A program made the position numbers and the translations under genes. DNA of 64,000 bases, from NCBI GenBank assembly GCA_000934665.2, contig KZ537999.1, positions 1 through 64,000 of the forward strand. The letters run 5' to 3'. Below, one piece after another: positions 1 through 12,360 of the stretch. How positions within the stretch are numbered: the stretch's first letter is position 1; every line of letters begins with the position of its first letter. The notes beneath the pieces were generated by a model, which made no database searches, was not told the DNA's origin, and was given only the letters and a program-made list of their open reading frames with translations. Origin of the DNA: Catajapyx aquilonaris. Its lineage: Eukaryota.

Positions 1-824
1 TACCCACCTCTTCCTGCTATTTTTCCTTAACTTTCTTTCTACATTCCCCCGCCAGGTGGCAGGTCAGTCTGCTGGAACTACAACCCCTTGATCCCTATAG
101 TCTATTAAAATGTTGGCGAAATCGTCCAAAAAAATCACCAATTCAAAAATGTAGATTGTACCTAATTGTTGCAACAAAATACGCGACTATACACCTAATT
201 ATGGTTTTTGTAGTATGAATTTTAAAAAAACACAGTGTAGATCAGCATTCAGGCCTGTAATTTAACCTTTTAAAAAAACCCTACAATATTTAATAACATG
301 TAACGAGACCTACTCGCATCACAACACACGCGAAAAACCAACAGCCCTCCAAAAAATATAGCCAGCAATTGAATAACAAACTGTCAGGTAATGGAGCAGC
401 ACCGATCACTTTCGCCCCGGCCATTGTTGATCCGGGTAATTCCGGGCGATCAAGATCCGGGGGGATAACTTCCTACAATTTCAGCCGCCCCCTCCACCCC
501 CGCCGCCCCCACACAGTAATTGATGAACCGGCCCCTGTAACACTACCCAGAACATTTTCCCAGCTCGTAATAACCGAACTCAGCCAACTATTATATTACA
601 TAGAACACTTGATCCTGTCAGCCGCAGCTTCCCCCCGAGGGTTACAGAGAGAGGGGGATGGCGGCCAAGGGGCGGGGGCGGACGGGGACGACAGACGCGA
701 CTCGACGGGACATGTGTGCACAGCGCAAAAATATGTCGAGGATCCAAATCAAACACATTTCCAGGCCAACTGCACCAACCGCTGCCAGCTTCATTTGTCT
801 TTCCCGCGATTTTTTTTGCGAACG

Positions 825-841
825 CCAGTAGATGGCAGCAC
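825..841 (+). promoter_or_regulatory. CTCF-like motif
   Basis: CCAGTAGATGGCAGCAC; an identical 17-mer occurs at 38668-38684. Confidence 0.55.
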
Positions 842-3800
842 CGACAGTGGCGACATCTACCGAGCCTTTCCATACGGTATAAACTTGGCTTCCATAAACC
901 AGCCTGAAAATTCCCACGTTTCTGGGGGGGGTTGCAATTAAGCAGAAGCTTGAGCGATATATGGATTCCTAGTGACAGCCACTCGGCCTAGTAGGTCCAG
1001 GTTTTTACGACGGGCAGTCAGGTGCAATTCGGAACGCAGAAAGGCAACAAAGGCGTGAGAAAATCCCAACAATCCGGGCGGGGGGTATGGGACTGCTCAC
1101 AAGCACAAAACTCCTGGCTTTTGTAATTACACCGGACACACACTCCGGTCATTACTGCTGACCCTAGCTGACAAGGCTCATTCCCAGGGAGGAAAATAGA
1201 GGTTAGCAGTAAGTGACGTGACGTCGAGTGCACTTGTCACTTGTTATGTACTGCTGCAAGACCTGCCGTACCAGCCCATGCAATGAGCTCGGGGTGCAGT
1301 TATCTGCACGAGGGAGGGCACAATGTCTATACCCTTCCAAAGTCAACACTGTCCGCTCCGGGGGCAAATATATGAACAGTGCACCCGGGCCTATACAACG
1401 CACACTACTTATCCTACTTGTACAGTGGAGTACCCAGCACTGCAAACTGTTTAATAACGTCAGCAGGGGGTGCACTACTCATGAAAAGTACTGAGCTTTT
1501 ACCCAAAAAAGAGAGAGAGAGAGAAAAAAAAGTGCACCGGTTTAAAACCAGATAGTGTAGTTTTCATTGTTGGGTGCCAATGACAACAATGCGTGTAATC
1601 TCTGAATTGTCTTTGTGGGATGACACGACATGGTTAATTGCCAATTAGTGCTGACCCGTTATCTCCTTTCGTCCGGCATGCAAATAGTTTCCGTTTTCAA
1701 AAGCTCGGCCATATAGTTTATTGTTGCCTCTCTGTAACAACATGCACGCATATAATACAGAGCAAATTCCCAGAGTTTACGCAAACTGTAGGGACACCAG
1801 TTTTGAAAATACAGTGCGCGAAACATTATATTACTGTGTGTAACTCGCAGAATCGTGAAACACGATACAGATGTCATTAGGCCGCATTGTTTCGCATTTC
1901 CGTCGGTCAGTGACCTACCCAATGACACTGTGAAGACCATACGTTAGTCGAAATGCATAATTCAAAATTTGCAATTTCTAGCCAAAGAATCAAGCAGTTT
2001 TGCGACTTCAAAGAGATGCACAATTTCACAGCAGGTCTGACGGCGCATTATAATTTTAAGCCTCTAAATCGCTTTAAATCCGGGCTTCGTAACATATGCT
2101 GTCAACCAGAGTTACGTCAACTTTAAATACCGTAGTTCAACTGGCCATATTTTACAATTGAATTGAAGTCAGAGTTTATAATATCAACAGCATTGTATAA
2201 TTACTTGGTACATAAACAATGCAATAATAATAAATAACTTCCAAAATATCACTACTATAGGGGTTAAAACACATACAAAACTGAATATATAAAAATTAAT
2301 AAATACAACATGTTACTAAATACACATCTGACTGAAATCATGGTTGAGTCCACCTAACCTACTTTATTAGCATGGTTGGGTATAGTACTATATACCTGCT
2401 CAGAGAATCCAGCCCGTATATGGTTAGCATTCTGATAGACATAGGAATTCCTTTGGAAGCCGCAGCCCCGACTTGATAGTCTCCCGGATTATTATCCCCC
2501 TCTGAAGCCTGCCACTCAACCATTCTACTGACAGAACTTGGCCGGATAGACCCCAGGGTGCATACCCTTCCTAAAATAAGGCAAGTCAAAAAATTCTATC
2601 GCGTGACATCACGAACACATTTTTTCGAACCATATTTTCTCCCCCAAAAATATATAGCATGACGCAGTGACACTTGCAGAGAATGTAGGGATGAGCTGAG
2701 AGGGGGCTTCTTCTTACAATATATATGAATAGTAGGCGGCGGTTTCCCATGACCTAGGTTAAGTAAGAGGGGTGGGTGGGGTGGGCCAAAAGGGAGGGCT
2801 CCGGAAGCATAATAGCCCTGGGGGAAATGGACGGACGCAGAAGGTAAGAGCCAGCAGCCAACTGGTGATAAATCATGGCTCAGGCCCATGGTCACGACGC
2901 CATAAGCCAGAGGAGGAGGGGTGGGACACACACAAGGGAGTGTGTCAAAAGGTGTCCTCTTTTTGGCTCTCCGGATCATCCTATTCAACCAGTTTCAGCT
3001 GCTGCCCCATGCTGCCAGATTTATATCCCAACATTGTTGTCCTGTGCTATCAGTACACTCCCAGAAGCCAGTGTTTTAATCTCAAAAAAACATGTTGGAA
3101 TAACCTGCATTTCCACCATCTACTTTTGTGCTCAGGTGGATACGTCCGATTTAATATCAACCCAATGTATCGAGGGGTTTAACCTAGATTTCGCATTTAA
3201 ATCCGGGGGCTTTAAAGGGCGCCCTCATGCCCAAAATGTGTGCTTGAATTGCTGATGGCCCGCACGTGCAGGCGGGCTCCCAAATTTTCTTTTTTTTTTT
3301 GTCCCCACCCGTGACGCTCATTGGTTGACACAAAACCCAAACACACTCTTATTTAAGGCTCATATGGGAACCCGCTTCTGCTGTGTCGCCGTTGGCGCCG
3401 TTTTGGCATTTTGTCGAGTATACGCGACACACGGGACAATTTACAGGCACATGGTGGTGGTGGTTTGTTGAAAAAAAAAATAACGCGTTTTCTTTAGTAA
3501 CACTAACGGGAGGTTTGCATGCAGCTGGCCACACTGTCTTTTCCCACGCCGCACGGTCACTTTTGCTGCCGCTGTAAATTAAAGGTGATTATATTGACAA
3601 TGTAGCGGACTTTCCCCCCCTCATCCCAACCCCTCTAATCCCTCGACTAACCCATACATCACCCTGGTTGATGAGGAAAGGCAGGTTTATGAGCCCCCCC
3701 GTACCGTTGCTCTTGCAAATGAAGGCGTGTCCATTGCAGCCCCATTGTATTGTACGTACTATCGATGCATTGGAAATGCGGAAAACAGGAAACGAATACA

Positions 3801-6800
3801 GTGTCGCCAAGGCGTCATTCCTAAGCAAAGGTTCACCTGCAAAATTCATTTATGAATTTTAAAATAAGAACTTGCTACGTAGGTTTTACTCCGATTTTTT
3901 GCTAGCCTATACTGAATGCAAATTTTGTGCAGTGTAGATTAATATTTTCTCCTGCATGAAGCAATTAGGTACAGTACATAATTGCTATGTTTTTGTAACA
4001 GCCACCACACTCTAAATGTTATATATATTTTAAAGTAAATAATGAACAGACAACACAGTACTTGAATGTAGGCCTAAAAATACTCTTCTCCGAAACTTTC
4101 TATTTATGCATTGTTTCTCTTGGCGGGCTTATGATAACAAAGGAGCAACCCTGTGTCGTTATAAAATTAATTTTGCCCCCGCTTTTTCATCCGACCCCCT
4201 TTTTTTGACCCATGTCTGAACGCACCACCGATTCTTGTAAGTAACTACCAGTATCTTTTTTGTGTGCTAAGCAACCCCCCCTGTCAAGCAGCATCTTGAG
4301 AGCCGGGAGGGTTGGATGTCTGAAAAGAGCCTGTGTCCTTGCTCTTAGCCCCGTGTGACAGGGGCCATCAAGAAGGTGACAAATTCAAGCGGGTTGGCCC
4401 CGGGCAATAAATAGGCAAAGGCTGGCTAGGCTGGCACCCCCTCATTGAACACCACCCCCGTTCCGATCCACTAAGTGGCCACCAAATGATGGGGGTCCAG
4501 TGGTCACAAAAGACAGCGCCGGCCAATCCATCAAGGCCTGCTACCCACACCCAGAACCACCTCCTTCAGCTATACACAACCCGCCACCAACACCAAACGC
4601 CAAGTTGCTTTCACAGCTGCCATTTTTATGCAAGAATTAAACCGCTGAAACTGGGGAGCAAGTTACTCCGGGTCAAATTACGCTGGAGCAAGTTACTCCG
4701 GAGCAACTTGTTACCTTGGAGTAAGTCCTGCAGCCAGATATATAATATGGAGGGGGCGCAGAGGTATGTTTATCCGCATTGATGAGTCTTGCTGGAGTCA
4801 CGTACCGTACTGGAATCCGGGAGTATCCGATGTGTCCAACTTGTCCGGTTAGATAATGAAGGCTTGGGAGTTTGTGACTGAAGGGTTGTTTGGGAGATGT
4901 CAGAGGGGAGGTCCAGCTGGGAGGCAGCAAGCAGGGCCAAAAAGAAAAAAGTTGTTCCTGCTCCGTCGACTCTCAAGCCCTGCCTGTCCGTCACTCCGGA
5001 CGACGACGCCTCGCCAACGACAGACGTCTGAACCTTCGCATAAAACACGCAATTTTTGACCTGTTGCCGCCTCGCAATTATGAAAATCTTCCCCTAAGGG
5101 AAAGCCGCAACAATGCAAGTCCCCGGAATTGATTCTCTCCTCCCCCGACTTCTCACGTGGTTTTGGTCTCCGGAGCAGCGCCATGTCGACAAGGAAGCGA
5201 ACAAAAGGCTGCTGTCACAAGCACACTCTGTCACAGGAGGAATTTTTTTCAACCAGTGATTGCCACAGGGTTTGCTCCAGACTCCAGGGGTAAAGCCAGT
5301 CCCCACCTTTTTTTTCTCCAAAAAAAGGAACCAGAATCGACCCTAAACAGGTTTTGCACTAGGATCTCGCTCCCTCTCATGGAGTTCAAAAAAAAACCCG
5401 AGGCATTTTACCAGGGAATGGAAATCCACTTCCGCATTTTGTGGTGGGGAACAATTTTTTTTTGGCTTGGCGTAGAAGTCCATAAGCACATGCTTCAACC
5501 TTGCATGGATTTATGACAATGGCTTCTTCCCCTCTGGGAATATCCGCACCTGCCACGCTCCGGAATAACAAACTACGGATTGCTGCCAACAATGCAAGCA
5601 ATGAGACTACCTGGCCCCGGCCTTATTTGACATGATTAATAGGGCGGTGATTAGGTTTAATTTGTCGAGCTCTGGCAGATACAGGCTTCGGATTGGGGGT
5701 GGGTGGGTAGGGGGGCAAAGCTTAATTAGCATCCTTTGCTCACTGACCATTGTCAATAATTGAGCCATTGATATGATTGCAATGGACAAAAGCATTGCCG
5801 CACTGCCAGCTAACACGAGCCCCAAAAACCACACAAACAATTGCGCATAATATCGCTGGGGGATCTGCATAAACTCATGGACAACACAGGTCGGCCATCT
5901 TGGATTACGCTGGTTCACACGGGAAGTCGTTGTCGTTGTGGTTAGATTGCATCGTGCAAGGCCATGCCCAAAAATTAGCAATATTATGCATATTGAGCAA
6001 CGGTTCATCATCGCCTATCATAATAATGCACGGGATACAGGAAATCCTGGGTCCATAACGGGGGATCACTCAAAAATTACCTGCCAATCCCCGCCCGATC
6101 ATAACAGGACCCCCATCAAAAAAATTTGCATTTTATTTATTTTCGCATCTCGCCCCGTCCCCCCCATATCCACCGCTAAATAAGCTAATTTTCGGAGCCG
6201 GTACACACAACAGCCCCGGGCCATTGTGTGGATCGTGGCCAATTGACGCATTCTCGACAGTTATCAACCCCAGGTGACCTTGGCCTTAACCACAGCCTTT
6301 AAGAGCTCGTGAACTATGATTGCATTTCTCCCTCCCTCGGTACAAGCCCCGAATAATTGCGGGGCTGACCACGGGCCGTCATTAAGCCCGCTTCCCTTAC
6401 AAAAAAAAAAAAAAAAAAATCTCCAGGGATCAGTATAGGAAATATCGGCGGCCATTTGAGGCTGTAATTGACAAGCCGTGGCTGGATAATCATGTGAGCG
6501 GTACCTTGTCGCCCCGAGACATTCCCCTTTTAATCACCATGCTGCTTAGTCCATTCTTATGCGCAATAATTAAGTTGAGTCCCAGTGTAATTTGACGAGG
6601 TAAAAATATCTCGGGTATTACACACACACTAGAGAGAATAAAAAAGAAGCTGTAATCACCCCCTGCACCCCCTAAGGGCTAACGAGGCTTATCAACAAGT
6701 TGGTTTTTCCCTTGTTTGCTTTTACTACAAGGAATTTCCCCTCTCCATGGACCTGAGATGCTTGATTGCCCTCCGGGTTACTAAGGAAACGGAATCCCAT

Positions 6801-8583
6801 TTTGCAGGCATGGCCGCCTTTCATTTGGAGCCATATTAAATTTGCAAGTAAATTTGCAAAAGGTTTACTGGAACTATGCCAATCCTGGGCTGGGCACGTA
6901 TCAAGCTGGCCGTGGTCATTACAGCCTAAAACCGCTTTTTAGTCAGGGGGGAATGCGCCCATGCAATTGCGATATTGCACAAGGCGTGCCAATCAAGCGC
7001 GTCGGAGCAATTGGTACACACACTGCCTAACGTCGAGTGCCACCTAATTATGAAAAACCTTGCAAAGTTTATAACTCTTGTTTTCACCGTCATCAGATGC
7101 AGGTCTCTCAAAAAAAAAACCGGTTGAGGGCTGTGAAATGTACTCTTGAATAATTAGGGAATAAAAGTGCAGGAAAACAATTTTCTGGGTAATTAACACA
7201 TGCGAAAAGTAGCAGGTGCGCGCATTGTCGTGTGGCTCGACAGGAAAAAGTCCATGTTATGAGTTTGGTGGAGTAGAGGGGGAGGGGGGGGGGGAGAGTT
7301 AAAAAAAAGCGCGAGTAGAGAGAGAAAAAAAGCACGCCCTCTTTACTAATAAAAAAGAGGGTAATAATTTCTGCACGCGACTTTTGTTGGGAAAAATTAT
7401 AAAGTGAGGGTACGCTTCAGAGTTAATTGCTAGTTAATTTGGTTGAAAATTTACGGCACGAAAGTGATTCTATGCGTGAAAATAAAGCCTCGCACTTTCC
7501 CTTTTCCCTCCCCTATATTTAAAAAAAAAGTAATTTGGCATTTGTGAATACCTTACATATAATGGCAGTCTACATAAAAGATTATCTAATTAATCCAATA
7601 ATATATAATTTTCTGCAAATACAGCAAAGCTTCATTTCACACAATATTGCCCTTCTAAAACTTTGTCAAACATATTAAAACAATCAAATATAAAAATAAC
7701 TCAGCTATAATAAAATGAGCCTATACAGATAAAATTATATGAGTCAATGAAACAGTTACTATACAAGTTGAATTTAAACTGAAATATGGAGTGGAAGTTC
7801 CCCGTGCGATGGAAGTGTCGAGGACTTGGCACCGCCAATTTATTTTTTAAATAAAAAGTTTCCGTGATTGGAACAAATTGAACTGGCGGTGGAACAATGT
7901 GGAACTCTCTTGGAACAATTAGACCACGTCACTGGACAGGTAATTCCGACGACTGGCGGTGCCAACTTCACGGACGTGTGTCGAGGCTGTATCCGCCACT
8001 ACATAGGCGATGGTACCCTACGCTTTCATCATTCATCTGAACAAGGAGGATGCGTATATAACTAAATCTCCGCGTAAATTAATTTATGTATGCAACTGGT
8101 ACGCACAGCTCATTGTCAATGCAGCAATAACAGTACACGTGTCATGGCCCCGCTCAACAATGCCCCACTAAAATTATTGCGAATATTGTTACTGCATCAT
8201 TTTCCGCATATCTGGAATAGCTGCTGTGTATGTTATCAGTTGGCCTCCATTCACTTTGGTCACAAATTGGTTGAATGTAGCCTACACGCTGCATATACGC
8301 AGTATAATAATGTGGTACATTGGTTAACAACCACATGTCGAATAATTAGCTGACTATAACGTCCGATTTATTCGGTTGATTACCTGATATTAATTGTCCC
8401 GAACACAGGCACAAAACAGGCAGGGAACAGAGTTTCATAGCACACGCCATATCTTGGCAGCCGAACCCAATCTGTCCGGATAATAATTAATTTAGGGGAC
8501 AGGGACTTGACTATCTCTTTTTTTCTTCTTTTCTTTCTAAGGGATCCGCCTAATTAGCGATATTAAGCGGCCTTTCCTCCCCC

Positions 8584-9156
8584 GCAAGTGGTGCCACAAC
8601 CATCTGAAATTGCCTCTCAGCTACCCACGCACTGTCAGGCTCCCCCCGAAATGGTTTCTTCCTGCCAATAATGGCCACAAGTGGTTCCAGCAACAATGAA
8701 AATAAATCCTTCTTCTATATAGTGACAATCTAGCCTTTACCTAAACTGTTGCGCGAAAACTATTAAAAATTGCTTCTCCATGCCACAAGTGGTACCAGAC
8801 TCAGCTGAAACTCCTTCTATCTCCTGCAAATGTGGTGCCACGTGGCAGGTGAAGGTGAAATCGTTTCTCATCGGTAAAAGTGTTACCAGACGCAGACAAA
8901 ATAGTTTCTCCCTGACACAAGTGGTACCAGATGTAACTAAGACACATTTTGCTCTCCGCTGGTACCAGATGCAGCTGAAACTGCTTCTCCCCTACTAGTG
9001 GTGCCAGGTGAAGGTGCAATGGCTTTTCGCATGCAAAAGTGTATCCAGTTGCAGGAAAAATGGTTTCTCACTGCCACAAGTAATACCAGATGCAGCTGAA
9101 ACCGCTTCTCTCCGGTAAAAAGTGTTGCCAGATGAAGGTAAAATGGTTTCTCCCCC
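8584..9156. repeat. Degenerate ~40-bp minisatellite
   Basis: About 9 recognisable units in 8781-9156 (approximate consensus CACAAGTGGTACCAGATGCAGCTGAAACTGCTTCTCCC), plus more decayed units from 8584. Confidence 0.8.
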
Positions 9157-12063
9157 TATTCTTTCCCGCAGTTATAACCTCGTGTGTACCGGTAGGGAAA
9201 AAATAATGATGAATAACAATTTAGTGCAGACTCCGAGAGCAGTTCGTCACACATCAACGCAAGTTTTGCATGGCGCCATTGTTTTAATCGGCGTCGAGCA
9301 ATTTACCAGGCGAAAGAGTCTGATTTAATTGTCCGGTCGCACGCAATTTCTCACCCAAGATCCGACTGTTCGCACTATCAATCTGCGGCCGCATCGCAAT
9401 CCCATCCCCCCCCCCCCATACACACACCCGTTGAATGATAGATGCCTCCCACCCCCTCCTCCCTCCCTGTTTACATGCGAATAGCATGGTATAAATCCAG
9501 CGCTTTTATGAATCCCGAATAACTCGTTTGCGCTGTTTCAACCAAACTATTATTATACAGTAAGTCTTCCTGTATGCGCGCCATTGGTTGCAAATTTATG
9601 CTCTGCCATAGCCCCCCCGCACCTACCATCCTACCCCATCCACCACCACTATTGTCCCTGCCTCCAGCACAAAGCTTTGCGTAACATGTATGTCTGATAT
9701 CCTGCACCAAAAAACTGATGGCAAATGATGATCCAACGATATATCCCCATATTGAATTTACATCAGAAAGCTGTGCCTCCCCCCAACCATTGTTGACTGC
9801 ACAATGGAGGTAAAGGGAGGTTTGTGTATAGTGAGGAGAGGATGGGTCGGATAATACAGAAAAAAATACATGGCGCCAGCTCTTTGGGTTTGCAATTCCA
9901 TCCAGTTTGGGAAGGGGGTTTGTGGGGAGGTCCACCTGGATTTCGGTGCAAGATCCGGTCTGCCAGATATAATTCAGTGTGGATGTTGGCTCCGACCTCT
10001 CTTTTTCCAGCAGTCCCTGTCCAAACAGCAGTCCTGTCTCTCTCCAGTCGTATTTTTTTGTAGTCTTCAAAAACCCCTTTTGGGACACAGTTCCATCCGC
10101 CCATTGTTGGGGAGGGGGACCTTGGGAGAAAAAAGCCCCGGGAGCAATCCTAATATTTACCTTGGGGGGAGACTCGAGTGTCCTTTCAATGGCGTTCAAA
10201 ATCCGATTCGAACGATACCATTTCCAGATATTAGATTTTAAACACTCCCTCTTTTTCCACGCTTCTTGTCAGATGCACTCGCTCGTGTGGCTTCTGGACA
10301 AAAAAAATCTTTGATATCTTTCGAACCACATTGAAAAAGAAAAAAGAATCTAAGTTTTCTGACATTGTTGCGCGCAATATTTGCATTACGTGTAATTTCG
10401 GAAATAATCCACAGCTTGGCTTCCTGGCTCTGTTAACTTATACAGCTTCTCTTCTTCAGTCCCCGCCAAAAAAAAGGATGGAGATGACTTTGTGGTCTGT
10501 TACCATCCCTCTTTTACGGACACAAAAAAAAGAGTACGGGGAGGGATTACCGGAGTCCTGTTTGAGGTAAGCCAGGCGCATAAAAGCGAACCGAGTCTGG
10601 CAAACATTGCATCCGATTTTGATGTGTGCTCTTCGGAGATGGAAATCGGAAGAGAGAAGGACCCTTTTCAACTGCACCCATCTATATACCCCCCCCCACC
10701 CTTCCAATGAGAGGACCTCAGTGTAATGACTCTGAATGAGAATTTGGAGCGGTCAGAGTGGAATTAATTCAGCGTGGAATCCCTGAATGGACCGATTACA
10801 TTGTTCGTTGCAATGAGCACTCGCCACACAAAAGAGAGCGATAAAAAACAACGCAAAACAAAACGCAGGGAGAGAGGGGGAAAAAAATCGCGGTCCATGT
10901 GTGTAAGGCCCATATGATGACCAAACCGGAAAAAAAACACACACATTCCGTTTCGATTTAGCACATACAGTGAACTACAGTTTCTACCTCAACTATTCCG
11001 TTGATGTGGCTCGTTACGTACTCAATGTAACTACTTTTTGAAAATCCTGGTCCGAATCATCACGGTTCGGTTTACACACGTGGGAACTCGCAATATGGCA
11101 GATGCAATCTCAATTTCCAGATAGGTTGCTCTGTACATATCGAATGACCATAGGTTTTTTTTGCGCAGTTTTGGCTTCCCAAATGTTATATTAGCCGGAA
11201 ATGGGCGTACAGTACAACTGTACAGGTCCATCAGGCAGTGTTGACTCACTGTATTAATAGCAGGTGTAACAGAGCTGTTGGAATAGTCAGAGAATAGTGA
11301 CCTAAATAAGAATTCAGGTGATCAGAAGTCATATACGGTACGGTATTAATATAAAATGCAAAATAGCCAGTATCCCTCTATTTTCACCAAGTTGCTTCAT
11401 TGTTGCTAAGCGCTCTCTCACAAGACATGGATATATCTCCTCCATCTCTCGCCTTCATCTCCGCCCCCTTTACACCGACGAGACTTGTACATTTCAGAGA
11501 GACGGAGAGCACTCAGGGCCCAGAGTCCAGAGGCCATTGTCATCCTAATCGAATCAGGCGCCCTTCTTGTTTGATCCCTACTACCTGTACTGAAACACAG
11601 AAGAGCACTATTCTGGCTGGAAACCCAACCACCACTACCTGCTCTATCATCCTCTCCAGATGAGGGTTTGGAGAGAGAGAGAGAAAGAAAAAAAAGCGAA
11701 ACTCTCCAATGACCAGAATCCACTGGGATAGAGAGGGGGACACCCTCCAAAAAATTAGGGGTGGGTGGGAGGGGATGTCGGCAAGTAAGCAGATCAGAGG
11801 ATATGGGCGCGAGACTCTTGTCAGCAACAATGCAGGCAGGGGATGAGTCAGGGGGGATCCCTCCCTCCCTCTCTCCGTATAGATAAGGAGCGGATGTAAT
11901 TGGGGGGATGCTCCCATGCGGACTGCTGTGACAAATGATTGAGTGGGAGGTGGCCTTACACCCCTCCGTGCTTCACTAACGACTCCACAGGGACAGGCAC
12001 CTTTTGTACCGGTCCGGGCCATATGGCGGATACAACTCTCAAAAAATGCCCAAATTTTGGGGG

Positions 12064-12360
12064 TTAGTTCATAAAGACTACTGACAGATGGAGCCACCAT
12101 ATGGTCGAATTTAGTTCACAGACGCTTCCAGTAGGTGGAGCAACCATGTTTCATGGCGGCTCCATCTATTGGAAGCGTCTGCGAACTAACTGTGAAACGT
12201 TGTGGCTCCACCTGTTGGAAGCGTCTGTGAACTAACGGCTAACTCAGTAGTAATATACATTTATGAATTTATTCTGGGCAGAAGTTTGCTTCCTATAATT
12301 TCCCAATAATTCCAACTTCCGGCTTGGTTCACGGACGCTACCGATAGATGGCGCCACATC
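12064..12360. repeat. Five-copy ~40-47-bp repeat array (orientation > > < < >), each unit carrying a CTCF-like core
   Basis: Unit is approximately TTAGTTCACAGACGCTTCCAATAGATGG(A/C)GCCAC. Forward copies start at 12064, 12111 and 12324; reverse copies are at 12152-12190 and 12191-12236. Confidence 0.85.

Noticed and set aside
369..941. 190-aa plus-strand ORF
   Set aside because: TTG start, no recognisable motif, and it overlaps a GC-rich regulatory-like region.
9471..10199. 242-aa minus-strand ORF
   Set aside because: Non-ATG start, no recognisable domain, and composition driven by G/A homopolymer runs; probably a chance ORF.
12064..12360. CRISPR-like appearance of the spaced repeats (also 8584-9156)
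   Set aside because: Eukaryotic context, mixed orientation, no unique spacers of constant length and no cas genes.
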